NCBI GenBank assembly: GCA_017991395.1
Contig: JAGOQQ010000002.1
Coordinates: 1-59,924, forward strand
Origin: Minisyncoccota bacterium
GTDB taxonomy: Bacteria; Patescibacteriota; Minisyncoccia; Phycocordibacterales; UBA9973
Reading direction: 5' to 3'
DNA: 59,924 bases
The notes beneath the pieces are model-generated. The model was not told where the DNA came from and searched no databases. It saw only the letters and a program-made list of their open reading frames with translations. Positions 51,996 to 58,449 of this stretch are shown here, piece by piece (position 1 is the stretch's first letter; every line of letters begins with the position of its first letter). Made by a program: the position numbers and the translations under genes.

Positions 51996-52023
51996 GAGAT
52001 CCTGAAACAAGTTCAGGATGACC
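51996..52023 (+). repeat. Dispersed hairpin element copy
   Basis: gagatcctgaaacaagttcaggatgacc. Confidence 0.85.
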
Positions 52024-52212
52024 AATTTCTTCTTTTAGCTTTAAGCTTGTGCGGTGGACTTTTGTGGTCTGGTATGTTATATTTGCTCTGTATCCCGTTG
52101 GACACACGCATAGACGATGTGTCCCCAAGGTCCGAAGCGGGTTTATGCATTTTGTTGATACATAATGCAGTCATTATTTATTTCGGCCGAAAGGCCTATT
52201 TTTTATTTTAGT

Positions 52213-52695
52213 ATGAGTACAGAAAAAGACATGCGAGTATATGAACTTGGATTTCTCCTTGTTCCAACTATCGCAGATGAGCATATTTCAGAAAAGTTCC
52301 AAGCATTAAAAGATTTGATCAGTTCACATGGTGGTCAATTTATTGCTGAAGATTTTCCTAAAATGATTCCACTTCAGTACGAAATGTTGAAAGTGATTTC
52401 AAACAAAAATCACCGATTCAATGATGCGTATTTTGGTTGGATAAAGTTTGACATGGAACCAGAACAAATCACTCTTCTTGATGAAGAAATAAAGCGTTCA
52501 GTTGATGTCATCAGATTTCTACTTATCAAAACAGTACGAGAAAATACTGTTGTTGGAAAGAAAACTATTGGAAAAACAGATGGAAAGAAGCGAGTACATT
52601 CAAAAGGTGATGAAGAAGCACCAGTAGGAGATGTCACACCAGAACAAATCGACAAAGAAATCGACGCACTTGTAGAAGAAACACCCGTGGTATAA
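52213..52695 (+). CDS. rpsF: 30S ribosomal protein S6 with an acidic C-terminal extension
   Basis: MRVYELGFLLVP matches the S6 N-terminus. The start could be 52213 or 52231. Confidence 0.9.
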   Translation: MSTEKDMRVYELGFLLVPTIADEHISEKFQALKDLISSHGGQFIAEDFPKMIPLQYEMLKVISNKNHRFNDAYFGWIKFDMEPEQITLLDEEIKRSVDVIRFLLIKTVRENTVVGKKTIGKTDGKKRVHSKGDEEAPVGDVTPEQIDKEIDALVEETPVV

Positions 52696-52750
52696 TCGAA
52701 GATGAAATGTGTCGATTACTACATTAAGATGGCGAAAGCCTATACGAACT

Positions 52751-53206
52751 ATGTATTTAAACAAGGTTCAACTTATCGGAAATCTTACGAAAGACCCAGA
52801 GCTCAAATCTCTTCCGTCTGGAATCAAGGTGACCAGTTTCGCACTCGCAACAAATCGTTCTTGGAAGGATCAAAATGGTCAAAAACAAGAAGCAGTAGAA
52901 TATCACAATATTGTGTCATTTGGTAAACCCGCAGAATTGATTGCGCAGTACATGAAGAAGGGCAATTCAATCTATGTCGAAGGAAGAATTCAAACACGAA
53001 GTTGGGACGATAAAACTAGTGGAGAAAAAAAGTATCGTACAGAAATCGTAGTTGAAAATTTCCAATTTGGTCCAAAGAGTGGATACAGTGCAGGTGGTGA
53101 ATCTCATTCTCCAACAGCATCTACTCCTGCAAAAGCACCTTCTGAAAATGCGGATAGTATTAATTACCCAGAAGACGATATTAATCCCGAGGACATACCT
53201 TTTTAG
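52751..53206 (+). CDS. ssb: Single-stranded DNA-binding protein
   Basis: MYLNKVQLIGNLTKDPELKSLPSG..V..F.LATNR.W OB fold. C-terminal acidic tip DDINPEDIPF. Confidence 0.95.
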   Translation: MYLNKVQLIGNLTKDPELKSLPSGIKVTSFALATNRSWKDQNGQKQEAVEYHNIVSFGKPAELIAQYMKKGNSIYVEGRIQTRSWDDKTSGEKKYRTEIVVENFQFGPKSGYSAGGESHSPTASTPAKAPSENADSINYPEDDINPEDIPF

Positions 53207-53238
53207 GGAATAGTGAACAGTGATTAGGGAATAGTGAG
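53204..53238 (+). repeat. Direct repeat of TAGGGAATAGTGA, two copies 20 nt apart, starting at the ssb stop codon
   Basis: tagggaatagtgaacagtgattagggaatagtgag. Confidence 0.8.
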
Positions 53239-53250
53239 AACACGATACAA

Positions 53251-53607
53251 ATGCAAATTAATTCTTTTAAGGATTTATATGTATGGCAAAAATCAATGGA
53301 GCTCGCAAAGCTTTGTTATTTAGTCGCCAATTCATTACCGAACCATGAAGTATATGGACTTGGTTCTCAGTTGCGAAGAAGTGCTATTTCTATTCCTTCA
53401 AACATCGCTGAAGGTCACAAAAGAGGAACCAAAGATTTTTTGAGATTTCTACTCATTTCTTTTGGCTCAGCAGCGGAACTCGAAACGCAATTATTGCTCT
53501 TGAAAGAGATCTACCCAGACATTTCTGTAGAAAAAGAAATGGAATTGGTTCAAGAGATTGAGAAGATGATATCAGTGCTCATCAAGAAGCTTAAACAAAA
53601 ATTGTAA
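53251..53607 (+). CDS. Four-helix-bundle protein of the 23S rRNA intervening-sequence / Avd-like family
   Basis: FKDLYVWQKSMELAKLCY...LGSQLRRSAISIPSNIAEGHKRGTKDFLRFL.IS.GSAAELETQL is the family signature. Confidence 0.85.
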   Translation: MQINSFKDLYVWQKSMELAKLCYLVANSLPNHEVYGLGSQLRRSAISIPSNIAEGHKRGTKDFLRFLLISFGSAAELETQLLLLKEIYPDISVEKEMELVQEIEKMISVLIKKLKQKL

Positions 53608-53608
53608 A

Positions 53609-53645
53609 TCCCTATCCGCTTATTACTTATTACTAACCACTAATT
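53609..53645 (+). repeat. Pyrimidine-rich CTA-word block abutting the rpsR start codon
   Basis: tccctatccgcttattacttattactaaccactaatt followed by ATG. Confidence 0.7.
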
Positions 53646-53846
53646 ATGAAGCAAGATTATTTTTCAGCAAACAACATCAAGCATATCGACTACAAAGATA
53701 TTGATATCTTGAAAAAGTTTATAAACGCGAATGCGCGAATCACAGGAAAGCGACGAACTGGCATTATTGCCAAAAATCAACGCTCTCTTGCACTCGCAAT
53801 TAAGCGTGCACGATTTATGGGACTTCTCCCATACGTACAAAAATAA
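53646..53846 (+). CDS. rpsR: 30S ribosomal protein S18
   Basis: [13 protein letters not shown]....RI..KRRTG..AK.QR.LA.AIKRAR.MGLLPY. Confidence 0.95.
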   Translation: MKQDYFSANNIKHIDYKDIDILKKFINANARITGKRRTGIIAKNQRSLALAIKRARFMGLLPYVQK

Positions 53847-53870
53847 AAAACACCCGAAAGGGTGTTTTTT
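53845..53870 (+). terminator. Intrinsic terminator after rpsR
   Basis: aaaaaacaccc-gaaa-gggtg followed by tttttt. Confidence 0.85.
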
Positions 53871-53896
53871 ATTTTATAGGGTGATACAATTTACTC

Positions 53897-54646
53897 ATGG
53901 AGCCAAATAATCAAGAAGGAGTATTTGATAAAAAACCAGAATCAGATTTTAATGGGAATCATTTTGTATTAATTATATTAATAATAATATCTGCATTTTT
54001 AATTTATACAATAATATCAAAAGATAAAAGTAATGAAGTACAGGAGGTTTTGACATCAGAATCCGAAGAAGATTTATATTCCGGAAATGAAAATGTGGAT
54101 GTTACAACTCAAAATAATATTGAGTATTCAAATGCAGAAGAAATACCCGATGAATCAGTTGATGATGTAGTAACTCCCCTTGTTGTTAAAAGTATTTATA
54201 AGAAAAATAATACATGGTGGGCAGACGTTGATTATGTTACAAAGTTAACAGGATATCAATTGCTTGAAAATGCAATAAATAATGGAACGTGTGAAGTTTC
54301 AGGAATGACTAAAGAAGAGTTAATTGCATACTCTAGAGGATTAACAATTAATACAATTTTATCCAGTTTGGTTTCAGGTTGCTTAAATGATCCTGTTATT
54401 ACAATTGAGTTTGGGCAAGAAATAAATCAGAACCCGAAAATTAGATCACTGCAATTTGATGATAATTTTTTAGCTGTTAATTTTTGTCCAGATAGTATTG
54501 TGGGGATCTCAGAGATTAAAGAAAGTGTTGATCGACAAGAATATAAATACTTGTACGTTGGGACTCAAGGATATTTTGTGATGAATGCAACTATTTCAGA
54601 TGGAAAAATTTTAAAATTTGATCAAATAAATGGTTGTGCTGGGTAA
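53897..54646 (+). CDS. Hypothetical membrane-anchored protein
   Basis: 249-aa ORF. TM segment FVLIILIIISAFLIYTII, an acidic linker, and a Cys-containing C-terminal domain. Confidence 0.6.
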   Translation: MEPNNQEGVFDKKPESDFNGNHFVLIILIIISAFLIYTIISKDKSNEVQEVLTSESEEDLYSGNENVDVTTQNNIEYSNAEEIPDESVDDVVTPLVVKSIYKKNNTWWADVDYVTKLTGYQLLENAINNGTCEVSGMTKEELIAYSRGLTINTILSSLVSGCLNDPVITIEFGQEINQNPKIRSLQFDDNFLAVNFCPDSIVGISEIKESVDRQEYKYLYVGTQGYFVMNATISDGKILKFDQINGCAG

Positions 54647-54685
54647 AATTAGATTACATATAAAAATGTGACAATAGAATATCTT

Positions 54686-54715
54686 AAAAAACCTCCCAAT
54701 TGTGGGAGGTTTTTA
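54686..54715. terminator. Bidirectional intrinsic terminator
   Basis: aaaaaacctccca-attg-tgggagg followed by ttttt. Confidence 0.85.
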
Positions 54716-54750
54716 TTGAGTGAACATATTAGCTCAAATCTGAAAGAATT

Positions 54751-54779
54751 GAGATCCTGAAACAAGTTCAGGATGACAC
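54751..54779 (+). repeat. Dispersed hairpin element copy
   Basis: gagatcctgaaacaagttcaggatgacac. Confidence 0.85.
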
Positions 54780-54782
54780 AAT

Positions 54783-54838
54783 ACTAAATTCACACTGACG
54801 CGAAATTTTTCAGCGTCCAGTCCGCGTAGTTCCGCGTT
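54783..54838 (-). repeat. ACGCGGA-word array immediately 3' of the efp stop codon
   Basis: The minus strand reads taataacgcggaactacgcggactggacgctgaaaaatttcgcgtcag. Confidence 0.75.
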
Positions 54839-54839
54839 A

Positions 54840-55418
54840 TTAGACTCGTTCTACATACTCACTTGTATCTGTGTTCACAATAATCTTATCGCCTTCACTT
54901 AGAAACATTGGGCCGTTGATGACTGTACCGTTTTCAAGTGTGAGCTGTTTGTTTGAGTTTGTCGCAGAATTTCCTTTGATGTTTGGGGGACATTCTTTGA
55001 TGGTGTACTCTACTTTGATTGGAAGTTTGACCTGAATAGTTTTTTCTTCACCGTCTTCGTCTTCCCATACGAGGGCAGAGACAATCAAGTTTTCTTTTAG
55101 GAATTTGACCGTTTGATCACCGAGAAGCTTCTCTTCAAACTTGAATCGATTTTTTGGATCTTGTGGATCAGCAAACCAGAATTCATTTTTTGTTCGATAA
55201 AGAAATTTTACTTCTTTTTTTGAAATATCAGCTTCGACGGCAGTGTCCGATGCATGAAATACTGTCGTAAATGTACGACCCGACATAAGTGAACGCATTT
55301 TTACCTGATTTTGAGGTTTGCGTTGTTGTGTGCGAGCTACGTGACTTTCGGTGACTTCGCAAGGTTCATTTTCGTAAATAATTATTTTTTTCTCGCGGAT
55401 TTCGCTGTATTCGAGCAT
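54840..55418 (-). CDS. efp: Elongation factor P with an atypical beta3-beta4 loop
   Basis: MLEYSEIREKKIIIYENEPCEVTESHV..., three OB/KOW-like domains. ATG at 55418 preferred. The loop reads ARTQQRKPQNQV instead of KPGKG. Confidence 0.85.
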   Translation of the reverse strand: MLEYSEIREKKIIIYENEPCEVTESHVARTQQRKPQNQVKMRSLMSGRTFTTVFHASDTAVEADISKKEVKFLYRTKNEFWFADPQDPKNRFKFEEKLLGDQTVKFLKENLIVSALVWEDEDGEEKTIQVKLPIKVEYTIKECPPNIKGNSATNSNKQLTLENGTVINGPMFLSEGDKIIVNTDTSEYVERV

Positions 55419-55565
55419 AAATAGGTATGAGGTGAGATTAAAGGGAATAGTAGAAGACAAAAATTGCACTTCCTTTCCCACGCTATTAAAAATAAGCCTT
55501 ATAATCGGCCAATGTGTTTACTATACCAAACAAAAAAGAGATGGTCTACTTTTCCACTTTCAGTA

Positions 55566-55593
55566 TTGACAAATTTTCTTAAAGTAGTATAAT
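55566..55593 (+). promoter_or_regulatory. Sigma-70-like promoter
   Basis: TTGACA, 16-nt spacer, TATAAT. Confidence 0.65.
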
Positions 55594-55621
55594 TTGACAC
55601 GAACCTTAAAAACATGTTCTT

Positions 55622-56278
55622 ATGAGCACAAAAACTAACCTCGGCCACGTGGGCCTCAATCATGTTACTTTTAACGCCGAAGAAGACAGCCGGCTTGTCG
55701 AATGGAATGACAGACGCAATAAAGAGCGTCGCGAAAAGAATGAAAAGAATCTACCTTTTTATGATCCGCTTATAGCGGAGTTTGAAGAAAAGCGGATTCT
55801 CGATAGCGTTGTATTAGCCCACCAAAAAGAAACCCCGATTGAATTATTCGGAGAGCCTTGTCCGGAATGCAAAGCCGTCAAAGTAGATTTTGCTGTTCCG
55901 GGCTGTGCGTGCGTGTCTCCGATTTTAGATCAGAAGAAAGTATCTTCAAATGAGATTCAGATTAATCACGAAGGTGCAACGCGAAAGCAAAATCGTATTA
56001 AGACGTGCACTGAAAAGAAAAATATTGGCAAGGGTGGTTTTGACAATCAGACCAGTCCGCATCTCACCGGTAAGGGATGGAAGCCAGTAATGGCAGTTGT
56101 TCAAAATGTAATGAAAATTAGTTCAACAGAAGCACGTTTTGACGACGATGAACTTCAGAGGAAATTGAAGGAATCTGGTCTTAAAAAAATGCGCAAGAAT
56201 ACAATTGCGAAAATATCGGAGCTAGAAAGAAGAAAAAGCGAAAGAGTTATAGTTTCAAAACTTAAATGCAAATTATAA
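55622..56278 (+). CDS. Hypothetical basic protein with a CPEC...C.C cysteine cluster
   Basis: 218-aa ORF with its own promoter and terminator. Lys/Arg/Glu-rich. Confidence 0.6.
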   Translation: MSTKTNLGHVGLNHVTFNAEEDSRLVEWNDRRNKERREKNEKNLPFYDPLIAEFEEKRILDSVVLAHQKETPIELFGEPCPECKAVKVDFAVPGCACVSPILDQKKVSSNEIQINHEGATRKQNRIKTCTEKKNIGKGGFDNQTSPHLTGKGWKPVMAVVQNVMKISSTEARFDDDELQRKLKESGLKKMRKNTIAKISELERRKSERVIVSKLKCKL

Positions 56279-56292
56279 AGTCAAAAGTATAT

Positions 56293-56322
56293 ATCCCGCC
56301 GAAAGGCGGGATTTTTTTATTT
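56293..56322 (+). terminator. Intrinsic terminator
   Basis: atcccgcc-gaaa-ggcgggat followed by ttttttatttt. Confidence 0.85.
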
Positions 56323-56330
56323 TGATACGT

Positions 56331-56359
56331 TTGCAAAATAAAATAAAAGGGTGTACGAT
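56331..56359 (+). promoter_or_regulatory. Sigma-70-like promoter
   Basis: TTGCAA, 17-nt spacer, TACGAT. Followed by the same CGAACCTTAAA leader motif as the preceding gene. Confidence 0.45.
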
Positions 56360-56386
56360 TTACTTTCGAACCTTAAACAAAAGAAT

Positions 56387-56710
56387 ATGAGAAAAACAGC
56401 GAATTCAAGAAGTGCAACGACAGACAAACCAGTCGCAACCGTAAAATTAAAGGACTATAAAATATTATTAAAAAATGCAGGCTTTGGAAAGCATGAGTAT
56501 TTAACAGGTGAAGGGATTGAGCTTGTTGAGTCCAGTACGACTGTCAAAAATTCATCTTTAGGTGATGCGCATCGCGCACTAGAAATGAAGAAAAAGGAAG
56601 AGAGTTTCGAACGTCATCATTTATCAAGTGACAAATTAAGAATTGGAGTAAAGAAGCTGACAGAATTTTTGTACAATTACAAAGATTGCAAGGAACAAAA
56701 ATCCAAGTAA
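56387..56710 (+). CDS. Hypothetical small basic protein
   Basis: ATG at 56387 was chosen because the upstream leader is homologous to that of 55622. 107 aa, Lys-rich. Confidence 0.55.
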   Translation: MRKTANSRSATTDKPVATVKLKDYKILLKNAGFGKHEYLTGEGIELVESSTTVKNSSLGDAHRALEMKKKEESFERHHLSSDKLRIGVKKLTEFLYNYKDCKEQKSK

Positions 56711-56716
56711 AACCAC

Positions 56717-56760
56717 AATTGCCTTGCGCCGACGGCGCAAGGCAATTTTTTTGTGTTTTT
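56717..56760 (+). terminator. Intrinsic terminator
   Basis: aattgccttgcgcc-gac-ggcgcaaggcaatt followed by tttttgtgttttt. Confidence 0.85.
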
Positions 56761-56762
56761 TT

Positions 56763-56814
56763 GAGATCCTGAAACAATACTGAAATAAATTCAGCACAAG
56801 GCACAGGATGACAC
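56763..56814 (+). repeat. Dispersed hairpin element copy with an expanded, restructured loop
   Basis: gagatcctgaaacaatactgaaataaattcagcacaaggcacaggatgacac. Confidence 0.7.
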
Positions 56815-56821
56815 AATAAAA

Positions 56822-56876
56822 ACCGTATTCTTTCCGCGTTAAGTCCGCGTTTAGTCTGCGATAGTCCGCGTCTTGT
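56822..56876 (-). repeat. ACGCGGA-word array immediately 3' of the recA stop codon
   Basis: The minus strand reads tagacaagacgcggactatcgcagactaaacgcggacttaacgcggaaagaatacgg. Confidence 0.8.
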
Positions 56877-57935
56877 CTATTCTCCTCCGCTTTCCATCAC
56901 CACTTCTTTCATTCGCTTTCGAACTTCTTTCATTATTTCATCACGTAGTTTTGGATCAGCACGCATAAATTGTCGTGTCGCATCGTATCCTCGTCCAAGC
57001 TTCACTTCTTCACCATCTTTTTCTCCTTTACCTGGTCGCATATATGAATATGATGTTCCACTTTTTGAAATGATACCGAGTTTTTCTCCAAGTGCCATGA
57101 GCTCACCTTCAAGTGAAATTCCTTCACCATAGATAATATCAAACTCAGTTTGTTTGAATGGTGCAGCAACTTTGTTTTTGACTACTTTCACACGAGTTCT
57201 GCTTCCCACTACTTCTTCTCCTTTTTTGATTTGAGCAATACGTCGAATATCAAGACGGACTGAAGTATAGAACTTGAGTGCTTTTCCTCCTGGAGTTGTT
57301 TCAGGATTACCAAACATCACGCCGATTTGCATACGAATTTGGTTTATGAAAATAACCACAGTCTTTGAATGCGCCACAATCGCAGTGAGTTTGCGAAGTG
57401 CTTGAGACATAAGTCGAGCTTGTTTACCCATGTGTTGCTGTCCCATATCACCTTCGATTTCATCTTTTGGAGTAAGTGCTGCTACAGAGTCCACCACTAC
57501 CACATCAATCTTTCCAGACCGCACGAGAGATTCGGTGATTTCAAGACCTTGTTCTCCGGTGTCTGGCTGTGCAATTAGAAGGTCGTTGATTTTGACACCG
57601 AGCTTTGCCGCATATTCTGGATCCATTGCGTGTTCTGCGTCAATATACGCACACACACCGCCAGCCTTTTGAGCCTCTGCGACGATATGAAGCGCGAGGG
57701 TTGTTTTACCAGAAGATTCTGGTCCAAATATTTCAATAATACGTCCACGTGGCACACCTCCGATACCAAGTGCGATATCAAGCCCTATTGAGCCTGTAGG
57801 AATCACACCAATATCCACCTTGGGTGCATCTCCCAATTTCATGATTGCACCTTCGCCAAATTTTGTCTGAATAGACTTGATTGTGTCTTCAATCGCTCCG
57901 CCAATTTCTTTTGGGACTTTTACTTTCTTTGCCAT
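56877..57935 (-). CDS. recA: Recombinase RecA
   Basis: [20 protein letters not shown] (Walker A), VVVDSVAAL, and the [23 protein letters not shown]2 loop. Confidence 0.98.
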   Translation of the reverse strand: MAKKVKVPKEIGGAIEDTIKSIQTKFGEGAIMKLGDAPKVDIGVIPTGSIGLDIALGIGGVPRGRIIEIFGPESSGKTTLALHIVAEAQKAGGVCAYIDAEHAMDPEYAAKLGVKINDLLIAQPDTGEQGLEITESLVRSGKIDVVVVDSVAALTPKDEIEGDMGQQHMGKQARLMSQALRKLTAIVAHSKTVVIFINQIRMQIGVMFGNPETTPGGKALKFYTSVRLDIRRIAQIKKGEEVVGSRTRVKVVKNKVAAPFKQTEFDIIYGEGISLEGELMALGEKLGIISKSGTSYSYMRPGKGEKDGEEVKLGRGYDATRQFMRADPKLRDEIMKEVRKRMKEVVMESGGE

Positions 57936-57942
57936 AAATAAA

Positions 57943-58026
57943 ATAGGTTATAGGTGATAGTGAATAGGCTATAGAAAATGAATTATGAATTCCTACTATC
58001 TACTTACTACTATCTACTAACTAGTT
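57943..58026. repeat. TAG/CTA-word repeats in the recA upstream region
   Basis: ataggttataggtgatagtgaataggctatag and tcctactatctacttactactatctactaactag. The second is about 27 of 28 identical to the reverse complement of 49369-49396. Confidence 0.8.
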
Positions 58027-58027
58027 G

Positions 58028-58447
58028 TTAATTTGTAATCAATGACCGTGTGCTTGTCTCAGGTATTGAGAGTGCAGTGCTCGGGTCTTTTTTGTATACG
58101 ACGCGATATTGCTGACTTATGTGTTTGCCAAATTTATCATCGCCTTTGATACTTACTATATTATACCCCGGGGAAAGAATAAGTGAATCTCGAAATTCAC
58201 CATCTTCACTCACTCCGACGACACGGTCGTTTATAGTGAGAACTTCTATGTTACGAGCATTTCCCTCAAGTGTTATTTTTGGTTCAGTGACAGTCTCTCC
58301 ATCAATCACACCTCGTACTGTTACTTGTACACCCCAAATTACATCTTTCATTTTCATGACAGTATAAATTCCAATCACCACAAAAAGTCCAATACCGATT
58401 GTGGTGAGAAGTATTTTTTTGAAGTTGTAGGCGATTGATTCTGGCAT
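58028..58447 (-). CDS. Hypothetical membrane-anchored protein downstream of ftsK
   Basis: 139 aa. TM segment ILLTTIGIGLFVVIGIYTV and a beta-rich ectodomain. Its start lies 2 nt after the ftsK stop. Confidence 0.65.
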   Translation of the reverse strand: MPESIAYNFKKILLTTIGIGLFVVIGIYTVMKMKDVIWGVQVTVRGVIDGETVTEPKITLEGNARNIEVLTINDRVVGVSEDGEFRDSLILSPGYNIVSIKGDDKFGKHISQQYRVVYKKDPSTALSIPETSTRSLITN

Positions 58448-58449
58448 TG

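Noticed and set aside
51892-52128. 78-aa minus-strand ORF in the tatD-rpsF intergenic region
   Set aside because: It runs through the word arrays and the hairpin element. It has no start context and an implausible composition.
52040-52212. Possible rpsF (S6:S18-binding) leader RNA and attenuator hairpin GGCC-gaaa-GGCC followed by a U-run before rpsF
   Set aside because: Hairpins are visible (GGACACA...TGTGTCC and GGCCGAAAGGCC), but I cannot match them to the published rpsF leader consensus from memory. I left this as unassigned leader structure.
53251-53607. Avd-like four-helix-bundle gene as part of a diversity-generating retroelement, possibly targeting the giant gene
   Set aside because: There is no reverse transcriptase ORF, and I noticed no template/variable repeat pair with adenine-specific differences. 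The giant protein lacks a C-terminal C-type-lectin-like variable region.
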